From NCBI GenBank assembly GCA_000182565.2, contig KQ257459.1: DNA of 64,000 nucleotides; one strand, 5' to 3'. Source of the stretch: Spizellomyces punctatus DAOM BR117. Lineage: Eukaryota. Shown one piece after another: positions 26,380 through 38,401 of this stretch. Numbering within the stretch: the stretch's first letter is position 1; each line of letters begins with the position of its first letter. A program made the translations under genes and the position numbers. A model generated the notes under the pieces. It made no database searches. It was not told the DNA's origin and saw only the letters and a program-made list of their open reading frames with translations.

Positions 26380-28728
26380 TTTTTAGATGCGTAGGTACAG
26401 ATGAGCAGACTATGGAGATGTTTGGTCTTAGTCATCTCATATTGTTAATCTACCCCGAAATGGGCAGAGTGGGAGGATTAGTCGCGCGAAAGTGGCGCAG
26501 TCGCAAGAGATGGGGTAAGTCAGCAATGGGTACCAACATCTGTTCAACGGTTTGCTTGCTGAGACGTCACCCGTTGATTCTCCTCCCAAGGCAGACGGCA
26601 GACCCATTGTTCCTGCACCCTAATACCGAATCTCACCATAATCAGACAGCCATATGCCGTGTACTTAGACGCGACCCACGCGCACTACCTATTGTAGGGT
26701 GTGTGTGATCCGTCGTGCTTCATCACTCTATTTCCACAGATGAGGAACTGCATTGAATTTTCTATTGATTATTCATCTACTAGGGACGGCGTTACTAATA
26801 AAAGTTGCTGATGAGACCCGTAACGATCGTTCCGCTCGTCGCCAGGAAGAGCATTGAGGAAACAAAAACATGTCGAATTGACGCTTGAATTTTCCTTTTG
26901 ATTCTTTTGACCACACGCGGTTGGTATCTTGCGATGTAACCATGGTATTCTATCTGCTATGATAAGCTCCAGGAGAAGTTCGTTCTTCTGTGGACGAATA
27001 GACGGATTACCAGTGTATCCCAGCCAACACGGCCTTTTTAAAGCCACTTAGGGGAATCTTTTCTTGAACTTGAGTACTCTTAGAAAGAGGACATCCAATG
27101 GAGATGCCCTCGAATATAATTATTGTAAAGCAACCAGATTTCAATGCGAGTCAGCACAAATTCATCGTTTTCTTGCTGATGCGGCGCTGTTTACATTTAC
27201 TGCTTCGGCGATGTTGCATGCCACGAGCAATTGAGATAACATGGACACGACTCTCGTGATGATGTCAATTGGAAAAGATCGCTTGCCATGGAGCGAAGAC
27301 TGCGAGATTGCCTTCTTATGTCAACATCTCAATTTCCGATAGAGTAATCTCCAAATTTAAACAACTTACGAGTATGCTCCATTGACGTCTGCCACAGAAT
27401 TTTTTAATGTTCATGCTAAAATACTACCCAATGCAACAAAAAAGAAAGAAAAATACACAAATATGAACACCATATTGTGCTGATTTGAAACATCTTCTAA
27501 GTCTTAGACCATGTACTGTATTGGACAGCAACGACTCAAAATTCGGCGCGGTTTAAATCAAATGTATTTACAACTTCATAACTTAATCATTAATGCCTCG
27601 ACTGCCGAAAAATATATAACGTTGAGAAGTCCAACCCCCCTGCAAGAAGTACTTCAAAAACTAATAGGCATGTTCCAACACGCACAATCATTCATCAACA
27701 TAATGGTCAAGCATCCGAAATCCCTCCATATAGATGAACACAAAACGACCTATCAAACCAGTATCAAGACACTGGAGAGCCAAGAAACGAATAGACCGCA
27801 GACAACAGCACAAACACTACACTGGCGGATGAGAGCTTGCTTGTGGCTAAATGAACCTCGCTCGGATCACCGAAGCTTGTCTGCAACTTTTCGGCCCGAG
27901 TTGCGAATTTCCTTGTCTTAGTAGATTCCGAAATTCGAACTTTTGCTTTGCTCAGAATTCTCGGCCTGAATGCACGAAAGTAGAAACTGCTGTCATCGTG
28001 AATTTGGCAAATCCCGGCTAGTAGTGATCAGTCGAAAGTTCGGGGTGACATTTCGCCCTCATGGATAGCCCTCAAAGTCTTGACAGTCCATGCCTGCTAG
28101 CGATATCTCCCGGAACCTTGACACATCTCCAACAGATACTATGCACAGATGATTCATACCGAGATGAATGTGCGATGCTCTAGAGAGAAGCACGATCGAT
28201 GAAGAAACATAGGGTTAGCGACTGAACATAAACAAGCTTTGCATACAGGCAACAGTGCTGCAAAGGGCTCTCAGTACGAGAAATTCCTATTGAAAATGTA
28301 TCTCAAAATTCCACATGATATCATCTCGGAAGGGTCGTTCATCAATGGACCCCTGCAGCAAAAATACGGCACATGAGTCGGATTTCTGCTCACCTTGTAT
28401 CAATCCCTGCTTATGGTAAAGCCGTGGACAAGGAGGAGGTTGACAAATGGCTCAGAGGTTGACTCCTACTTCGCAGTCATCCCTACGCACATTACATCGG
28501 ATATAGTCGCTTTGGGTGATTCTGCTCAGTATCCATGCCAGGGTTGATTCAGGCAAGTGGCTCTGCGGATTTCGGGTTTCATATCGCTGCCCATCGAAGC
28601 TTTTGAGTTTTTCTATTCTTACAAGTCAGATGATTCCCATGTGACCGCCCGATTCGAACCGTATCAGCATCACTTGGGCCATCCAAGGAGTCGACCTTGT
28701 TAACATTCAGCACAGACCATCTTTCATA

Positions 28729-29378
28729 ATGGAACGCACCACGATACCCGTCTCGATAGCGGTCCACCGTCGTGCAGAAGGTGGACAACCATCAGGAAGT
28801 AATGGTGACCCAGGTACGCTAAGATAGAGACTGGTTAAGGCTGAGTGGGATAGAACTGGTAACTAATCCGTACCGCAGCAACGCACTTCACAAGTTCAAA
28901 CTACACTCGAGGCTTTTTGCTCCTCCTCTTTGTGGGCTTGGCACTGTACGGAACCTATTTGTTTCTGAATTGGCGACGACGAAAAAGTGGCTATGCATCA
29001 AACCTTGGAAGAGGTCTACTGGGGCGGTTCGGCGGCGGGAATGAAGCTCACTCTACAGAGGGATACGATCCGTTATCAAATCAGCAGTTTGCCTTTGACG
29101 AAGAATTAGATCTAGAGCTAAATTCATACAATTTCGGTGGGGAGGCCGGTGCTCATCCTTATGGTGGTGTTAAGCTTCGAGCTGGCAGCTCAGCGGCCGG
29201 ATGGGAAAAGGGCGTGTATGGTTATGGGCAAGGTGGGAGAAATGCAGGCCAGCAACCAGATGGTCATTCAACCCGGTCACGTACAACCAACGCACCTTCA
29301 CTGGTTGCTCATCGGTCCACTCCTATTGAGACAGGAAATGCAGATACAGAAGACGCAGACGAACTCTTGAGATGGTAA
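28729..29378 (+). CDS. Hypothetical single-pass membrane protein
   Basis: Exon MERTTIP..GDP joined by a GTACGC..CGCAG intron to FLLLLFVGLALYGTYLFLNW followed by RRRK (positive-inside), then an acidic/Gly-rich tail. Confidence 0.6.
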
Positions 29379-30006
29379 GACAGCTCTGAGAGTTGTGTAG
29401 GATATCCGCAATTCATTATGCTTTACTAAATTATCTATCCTGAAAGGGCGGAAGCCAACATACCCAGCCCAACCTCCCCACATGTATGATAACGTAAAAC
29501 CCTAGCTATTGAGATTCAAGTAGAACATTTGACTTGCATACCGGTCCGCCGTCTTCAAATGCCTTCCTACCCGCGAGGAATGATCCTTTCACTGCACGGC
29601 CGTCTGATTGGGAGTTTGAGCACGATTGTGTTGCACTTGTCAACAGGTTCCACTCGGCACGTGTTTCATATCAGCACGCGCCTTTATGTCAGCAATAGCT
29701 GACTATTCTCGCCCGCGTCGGCCCTTGGGATATCGTCCAGAACAATGAGACCAGTGCCGCCAGTCGTCCTCCGACTGATTGGCATGATGATTATGGTAGC
29801 GCTAACGATGAAAGCGAAGGAAACATCGATCTGTATTGTATATGACATAAATTACACATTATTGACGCGGTGTCTGAACAGGAAAGCAGCGAACTTTGTT
29901 TCTTTCCGATCCTTTTGTGGAATCATTGGGATTCCACTGGATTTTGACAATCCGGACGGTTTTGTTCAAGCAGGAAACAGACCATCACTAGCATATCCAT
30001 CGCATA

Positions 30007-31907
30007 ATGGCCAATAGTCGCAGTTGGCACATAGTGCCAAAAGTGCTAATGTTTGCCCTGTACATTATTCAGTGCAGTGCCCCATCCTATTTGTCTTTAA
30101 TCTATCAACAGAAGATTGGCTTGTCTTCATCCTCTGTCGGCATTATATCGTCTATCCCACCGTTCGTATGCATTTTCGCTGGGCCAGCTTTGTCCCTTGT
30201 GGCCGATTTGACAGGCCGTCCTCGAGTTGTTCTCGCTACATCTCTGATTGCGACGACGGGAACATTATGGATGTTCGTCTTTCTCGAATTGACTTTTGCG
30301 TCAGCATGTGGAGTTGCCGTACTGTATGCAATCACAAGTGCTCCGATCGGATCGATGATGGATGTAATCGTCCTTACGATGCTTGGGGAAGAGAGTGTTC
30401 TGTAGGTATTAAATGTGACAGAGTCATTAACGAGAATTGGGTGTACAGCTAGTTGGAAAAGGCTGTTCAATGGCCGAATACAGTGCTGCCTTTCAAGCCT
30501 CGCACTAATTTCTACCGGCACATAGGTACGGGCAACAACGTGTATGGGGTTCCATATCTTGCGGCATCGTTTCCTTTGCGGGAGGAATGATTGTCGATAA
30601 AACAGGGACATTGAACTCAATCTTTTTTGTGCATACCATCATGTGTGGAGTCTTCCTGGGTCTGCTCACGGTGGTTTCTAAACCATGGAAGAACGGTCGC
30701 AGAAGGCCATCGGTGAAACCGAAAGACGTCGCCGAAGACCTTTCCAAAGCTGACATCAAACGTACGGCAATTGTTGAAGACCCTGACCTGACGGCAGAGG
30801 AGCTACGCGAGCAGTTTGCACTTCCACCTGATCAGACCGCTCGATCTCGTCGGACCAGTATCGTGGAGGCCGCTCGTCGCGCATCGCGCCGAGCCAGTAT
30901 TGCCGCCTCACTGGGTATTGCTCCTGTGACACCGGAGGAACCAGAAAAGACCGGACCAACCTTTGGATGGCTACTGGCACCTAACGTTCTTGCCTTCTTT
31001 TTTTCTAATACCCTCCTCGGAGCTGTCTTCTCAGTCATTGGAAGCTTCCTGTGGATCTATCTCACGAACGAGTTAGATGCTAATGCAACAGTAAGAGGTC
31101 TTACGGGAACAGCTCAAGTGGTCCTTCAGTTGCCGTTTTTCTTCTTCGCCAAGCAGGTAGCGTGGTGACTTTGTGTTATGAAATAGGAGATACGAGATTA
31201 AAAGTGCATCGTTTTCAGGTTATGGGACGTCTCGGTGTACGATGGAGTATCATAGTAGCACACGTTGTCACTGTCATTCGGTTCATAGCGTATCCCTTTT
31301 TGAAGCCGGGACCACTGGTATATGCCGCTTTAGGGATTGAGATGCTGCATGGTACAGGATTATCAGTCGTACCGCAAATAATCCGTCATATCCTTTGAAC
31401 TTTTTGTGTTTTCTAGGATTGGCATTTTCCATGAATTGGACCGCCTCTGTCTCGTACGCTGCAGGAGTCGCTCCTAGGGGAATGGAGTTCATGGCTCAGG
31501 TTTGTCAGGAAATCATCCAACATAACCTGCACATGCGGAGACTGATACTCTACATCTATTCTAAGGGTATACTTGGCGCATTTTACGGTGGTCTAGGCTC
31601 TGGGTTGGGAGGAATCATCGGTGGTGTGATCTACAGTAAATTTGGGTCTACTGTTCTGTTCTACGGATGTGCAGGCGTAACAGCTCTTTCGGGAGTTGTC
31701 TACTTCGTGGTGCCTCCACGAAAGATGAAAATGGACCGAGATCAGGTTCCCCCAATGGAGAGGGTTCTTGACAAGCAAGCGAGCAATAAACTTTTGGATA
31801 TGGAAGAAGGACTGGGCGAGGTGGACCGTTCTGCCGCCCGGCGTCCGTCAGCTGTTGCAATGGCTATGAGTTCTATGGGCCGCAGAAACAGCATGATGAA
31901 TGTGTAG
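30007..31907 (+). CDS. Major facilitator superfamily transporter, MFSD6-like
   Basis: About 12 hydrophobic segments. Motifs PYLSL-like SYLSL, SLVADLTGR, YGQQRVWGS, GIEMLHG and QGILGAFYGGLGSGLGGIIGG. Confidence 0.88.
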
Positions 31908-32114
31908 TGGTGTCAATATTTGTACTGATTATAGGACCTATAAATGATTTCTTGACTTGCCCTTTTGCCCACCCCGAGGTTCGATCGGCACGTGTCGGAA
32001 CCTGAAAAGCTGGAGCAGCTTATGTAATCCCAATACACGTGCAAAACTTCACTGGCGTACTGAAGCGTTGGCCATTGAAGCATTCTGCAGAGACGCTCAG
32101 TAGCCGGCCCGCCA

Positions 32115-33418
32115 ATGTCTCTGCGACGTTTTTCAAGTTTCTTGGAGAATGCCAAAGCTACAGTCAAGTTGCCAAAGCGCTCTGTGACGGTGGTTCTCGG
32201 AAATGAAGCAGCTGGTAATTCTAGTGATCTGCCTGCGGAGTAGAATTTATGAACCCAAACTTACACCCGTCAATAGACCTTGATAGCGTCGTTTCGTCAT
32301 TAACATACGCATTTCTTCGTCATACATATGATGTACCCCACAATTCTCAAACGAATAGACCGACGTACATCCCAGTAGTTGCCATACCTCGTGCGGACTT
32401 CCCCCTCAGAACAGAGTGCACGTTTGCGCTTCGTGATGTGTTCCCCACAGTAGATTTTCAAAGCATTCTCACTTTCCTCGATGACATCAATCTGGACGAT
32501 CTGGCGGAAAACACCGATCTTTCGCTAGTGCTGGTGGATCATAATCGCCTGTCTCCATTTCTAGAAAAGTTTGCTGGTCATGTTACTGGAGTGTTGGATC
32601 ACCATAAGGACGAGGGCTGCAATTTAGAGGCAAATCCCAGAATAATTGCTCCTGTCGGCTCTGCTACGACGCTTATAGTGGAAGAGTGGGCCAAGCATCT
32701 TACGGTCAATGGAAACGTTCAGGCAAATGCTCTGGAACCCGAACTAGCACGGCTTTTACTGGGCCCAATTCTTCTCGATACGGTAAATCTGCAGGTGGAG
32801 TACGGACGAACGACGGAAAGGGACAAGCAAGCAGTCGAGTTCCTTCTCCCATTCGTGAGAGGTGCCAAGATGTGCGAGGAGGACAACCGTGCATTCATGG
32901 ACCAGCTCTATACTGGGCTCCATAAAGCAAAATTCAGCGTGTCTAACTTAACCTCATATGATCTGTTGCGCAAGGATTATAAGGAGTGGAATGTTGGACC
33001 CTTCCGTCTTGGAATCAGCAGCGTTTCTTGGCACGTGGGTAGTGAAAATGGTTGGGCGGTAAGGGACGGAAACGGAGACGAAAAGGCCGGGCTTATGCAA
33101 TTGCGTGCATCATGTCACAGGTTTGCAGAAGAGAGACAGCTGGACTGCCATTTGCTTATGACTGCTTTTGACTACTCCATGGAGAACCCAACCTCATCGC
33201 GTGGTTTTGAGAGGGAACTCATGGTCTGTTTCGATGGGAAGCTTGCGACGAATGTGCAAGCGATGTCCCAGATTTCACTTGCGTTAGAAGCGTCGGAGTT
33301 ACAGTTGGAAGCCTTGACTGAAGGAGAGTATTACAAACAGAAGAACATCACTTGCAGCCGCAAGCAGGTGCAGCCTATTATGCAACATATTCTTGAAAAT
33401 ATTGGCCCGAAGTTCTAG
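32115..33418 (+). CDS. PPX1: Exopolyphosphatase (DHH/Prune family)
   Basis: VVLGNEAA|DLDS (spliced), LVDHN, VLDHH, VGSATTL, ILLDT, LLRKDYKEW and SRKQVQP. Confidence 0.93.
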
Positions 33419-34374
33419 AGGCTATGCGGCATTGTTAGACTCCATTACTCCTATACTGAAACATGAGCGTTAATAGTACTCATCAATTAATCCGAGACGT
33501 TTATACTATACTTGGGATGCGCAAAGTTGTCATTGCTCAGTCTGGTCCTTGTTATATACTACATGGGACCCTGGGGCCAGGATTGCAATTTCCCGCCTTC
33601 TCATGTGTAGTTCGAGAATATGTGCGCATCATATACTCTAGGTGACTTTCTGCTCTCGCTTAGGTAATTGTGCACTTCCGCTGCACCCGTCTCCCGGCAC
33701 ATAGATGGTCACCACAATCATACACTGGGTATTAGCATCTTGACTATTTATTTTTCGTCCATAGTGGCTCGGATGGTATATTTCAAATTCACGTACTTGG
33801 ATTGAAAGATTATGCAATGTCCCCGCTCAGATCCTCGAAAATCGACGTGATCGGGGCTAGTACTACTTTGTACCATGGACATTTTCATGTCCCCATTGTC
33901 CAGCGCCCCCAGTGCTGTCATTACGCTTTCAATTAGGGTATGTGCAGAGACGAAGTGATATTCTGCTCCGCTTGTCTCAGCAACACTCAACTATAGTCAA
34001 GTCGCCATATTACCGGGGATTCATTTAAACTCCGACGTTGATTACCCACATTTGGCTGTCGGACTTTCTCGTCAGGTGCGTGTTAGCTAGCAAAGATACA
34101 GATGGCAGCGTGGGCTGCATTATGGAGAGAGTAACCTCTGGGCTCCCAGTCGGGTGGGTGGCACGAGTTACTGGGAAGCATCCTTGTTGAGGCCTGGTCT
34201 GATTAAAGAGCCTCCCATTCACATCTGACCCTGATGCAATATCCCTTTATAACAACAGGGATACCTCTTCCAATAGCGCATGCCATCTCCTCCCAAGGCC
34301 GGTCACCCGACGTGTTCGCAAAGTAATCCCAGGCACTGTTGGCATCCGGCAGTTCAGTTGGGCGGTACTCGTTT

Positions 34375-37300
34375 ATGGCGACCTCTTCCTCGAACAGACG
34401 ACGGAGCAGCGCTGGCGCCGGGTTGCCCACTGGTCCTACCTCGACGTCTCAACCAACACAACTAAACCCAACTGGAGTATCTTCCGCCATCAACTTACAT
34501 CCGCAATCGGCTTCCCCTGCGAGCGCAGACAGTGCTCCCATCCAACAATCCCCTACCAACTTAGTGCAAAAGAGTTCTTTTGCTTCTAACTCAACGAATT
34601 CCAAGTCTTCTCTTGGAGCCTCAGGTACGTAGCAGGATACCAGCGTATTGACGACTGGGACATGGAGTAACCCAACTGATTACTGTTAATGTGCCTGCAG
34701 ATCCACTCGGAATCCCACTTAACCACGTTCCTGCCTCCCGGAGTACCATTGCCTCCCGGCTTAAAGGTGCTGACAGGGCAGGGGTAAATTCAAGTCTCAT
34801 GAGCAGCGGCTCAAATATCGGCAGTGGAGGAAGTAGTATGCCCCGACCCGCAGCTGGCCAGCCGATTAGGGGGAAGCATGATGTTGGGGAGTCAGGCTGG
34901 AGACGGAGCGGCGTCCCTTACCCCAGGGATAACACGCCCGCGACTTCATCCAATAACCTTGAGTTTCCGGGAGCGGGAAATGGAGGCGGAGTATGAGCGG
35001 TTTTTTCTCGAGAAGCATCAGTTTGCATGGAGAAGGACAATGTATCTGCTTTTCTCCGCGGGTACCTGCTTATATGCATATGTTATGATTCGGAGTCCTA
35101 CGGATGGAGAAAACTGGGAGCACAATTATTCGAGGGAAGCCAAAGGGAGCATAATGGAGAAGGAAATCGGTGCTGCATGCCCACCTGGGTGGTTTTGGTA
35201 TGTCCAATGGTACAATTCTCGATCCGGACAGTTTGCTCACTTGTTCATGTTTATTAGCATGCAATGTGATCCCGACTACATCTGCAATGCTTACCACCTC
35301 AGTTGGGATCTCGCTTTCTGGATTTGTAGTATTCTCATGCCCTGCTTACTCCTCGTAATCGCTTCGTACCGACTCCGTCCTGTGCAGCTTGCACGCTTCA
35401 TTCACCTCCTTTCGTCCATATTCATCCTGGCCTACGCAGGCCTAGGTCTTATAGTACGCTACGAAGTTGTGGAACCTATGACACCAGTATTTCAACCTGC
35501 CCTCATTTGCATTATGTTGATTTTCGTCTCGTGCATGTTCATGCGACTCCGCTTCATTTACACCGTCGTGAGCATCAGTATTATCGTAGTGCTGTTTTTT
35601 GCGATTTACGCCCCGCATGTAGCGAATGATCCCGTATTATCCCCTTCGACTGCAAAGACCTATGTGATGTCGGTGCTCGCTTTGCTAGTCTCCGGAGTTG
35701 TCGCTAGCTTCAATACCTACGAGACTGAAGTTTTCAATCGAGCCCAGTTTTTGGCTTCGTACACATTGCAAAAGACGAATGCGAAGCTGACGAATCAGCT
35801 AAAAGTCCTACAAAAAGCCTACGGAAACAAAGTAGCAGATTTGGATTCGCCATTAGAAAAGAGTGTCATGTTATTGAGGAGCATGATGGCGGATCCTTCC
35901 AACAGCCCAGCTCATTTGGTCACCATTGGACAAATTCTTACCCTGCTGGCTTCTAGCAATTTACTGGCGCCCGACTTGGAGAACCAGGTTGGCGAGCTTT
36001 TGGACAACGAACAAGAGGTAGAGTGTCAAGCAACTCCCCCGCGTCTACCTGACCATTATTTCAAACTGACAGTGACATTGACACTTCTGGGAATTATTTG
36101 TTTCTTAGCAATGGCTGTTCACAGAGATTGCACCACGTCGAAAAACTCGCAATCGGTTGGCCAGTCGCCGTCGCTCTATTACTGCCGATATCTCGGCCAA
36201 GATTGACATGCCAATCGCAGAGTCGGTGTCCAACGCCAATATCATGGCCTCCTCCTCCCAATCAAACGCCAAAGGTCTTGACACCATTTCACGGGACACC
36301 GCCAGTGTAGAGCGTGTCAGCAGCGGAACAAACATGGAAAAGGCAGAGAGTGCCAATGCAATCGTGGAGAGGATCAAACAGAGTCGATCGAGTGTTGCAT
36401 CTGCTGCTGAGCGGGAAAAGAGTTCCTCTTCACCGGTTCTTATAGCCCCCGCGGGAGCCTTTTTGCCAGTAAACGACGACTACTTCAATCCATCCCCAGA
36501 AGTAGCATTGCTGTTGGCCAAATCAACCGAGTTCAACTGGCCCATTTTTGACTTTTTGGATGCTACCAAAGGAAAACCACTGAGTGTGCTCAGCTTTTAC
36601 CTCTTCAAGAGAGCCGATCTCTTCAGTGCGTTCAATATTCCGGTAGACATTTTCAGAAACTTTATTTCAGCAATTGAAAATGGGTACCGCACGGATTTGC
36701 CATGTAAGCATACAGAGTCGTGCTATAAGTTGTACGCAACCCTCATTCACCCTCATATTATCAGATCATAACTCGATTCACGCCAGTGACGTACTCCAAT
36801 GCACCAACTATTTCCTTTTCAGCAACGATAACATATCTAAAGTTGCTGGCGATATCGACCTACTCTCTATATACGTGGCGGCGATCATACATGGTAATTA
36901 AAGCATCTCAGTATAAAACGCACACCACGAACACCTGCTGACTGCTCCTTCCCTTTCCCTCAGACCATGATCACCCAGGCTTTAATAATAATTTCCTTGT
37001 TAACACATACGACACTAAAGCTATCATGTACAATGACCGGTCGGTGCTGGAAAACCATCATTTGGCCTCTGCATTCTCGGTCATGAACAAGCCGGAGAAC
37101 AATTTCCTATGCAATCTGAGCAAGAGCGACTTTAGGAGTGTCAGAGAGGCGATCATTGAGATGGTGCTGGCAACTGGTAGGTTGCTGGTATGTGTTTACT
37201 CTTTAGTTTCCGGCGCTCATCTGATTTTGATGGATTTCAGATCTCTCCCAACACTTTCCCCTGATTTCTATGTTCAAGTCAAAAGTCAGCTCCAATTTTG

Positions 37301-37862
37301 ATCCATACGAAACCCGAGAAGACCGCATGCTTCTTTGGAAAATCCTTATTAAATGTGCCGATGTGTCAAATCCTACAAAATCATGGACACTGTACGAACG
37401 CTGGTGCCGACTCATCCTTGAGGAATTCTTCCGTCAAGGCGATCTTGAAAAGCGGATGGGTTTGCAAGTGTCGCCTTACATGGATCGTGACAATTTAAAT
37501 ATTCCGAGCAGCCAGAGCGGCTTTATCGAGTTTGTAGTGTTGCCACTATTCGAAGCCTATGATAAGTGGGCCCCCATACCTCCAATAATGGTGGAGTTGC
37601 AACGTAACAGGGAATTTTGGTATGTACTTGAATTGAAACAGCATGAATTTTCAGTTGAATAGCTCATTTGAATATCGCTGACACTCGTCTTTTTAGGATA
37701 ATGCTTAAATCTCAAGGGGTAACTACAACCATACCCGCTTCTGGGCCGTCAGGATCTCTTCCAATGTTGGGAGTACCTCCGCAAACCGCGCCTCCACCCG
37801 CACAGCAGCTTCCTCCCCAGCCTCATGGAAATAACATACCCCCAGGTCCTCAGCAAGTATAA
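34375..37862 (+). CDS. Class I cyclic-nucleotide phosphodiesterase with an N-terminal 6-TM domain
   Basis: Catalytic motifs PYHNSIHASDV, AAIIHDHDHPG, YNDRSVLENHH, LATDL, IKCADVSNP, EFFRQGD and SQSGFIEF. About six TM helices at ~35035-35710. The start codon and the intron at ~34784-34853 are inferred. Confidence 0.92.
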
Positions 37863-38401
37863 AAGAAAACGACGACCGCGTGTGAGACGAGCACTTTGAA
37901 GTGTGCTGAAGACAAGGGGAAGGCAATGGCCGCAATATATTTCTATGTATAGAGCTACCGGCTGGGACATTAGGATCCGGCTCTCCCTTTTTTTGTTCAC
38001 GGCTACAAAAGATACCAGAAAGGACGCTGTACTAGTTTTGCATGACAAAAACTATTTACCTCGAGCTTGTTGGCGAGTCCTTGCAAATGTACCCCGGAAC
38101 CATGCTCAACTTGCAGGCAAGCTTAACCACTTGACAGATAAAAATGATGGTTGCATAGAGAATGCTATCCTGGGATCGGTTGAATATATCCGACCAAAGT
38201 AAACTCAGTGCTCATGCAAAACCTGAATTTCAAAGGTGCCAAGAAAGCTTTACCCTTCAATGATTGACATTTACACCATTTATTTGAGACATTATAATAC
38301 ATTTTCCCACCGATCTCCCATGTAACATGTACAGCGAATATAAAAAGCCGAAATCACTCAATCTATGCTTATGCTAATCTGCACCTTTCCACTGTCATAC
38401 T

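Noticed and set aside
31388-31396. ATATCCTT/GTATCCTT words suggesting U12-type introns (also near 38937 and 51467)
   Set aside because: None lies at a required exon-intron boundary; the frames I traced are restored by ordinary GT-AG introns.
33407-33418. PPX1 C-terminal PKF as a PTS1
   Set aside because: Non-canonical at two of three positions; unsupported.
35010-35720. TM region of the PDE as a rhodopsin (RhoPDE-like light sensor)
   Set aside because: Only about 6 TMs, and no retinal-binding Lys motif (DxxxK) in the last helix.
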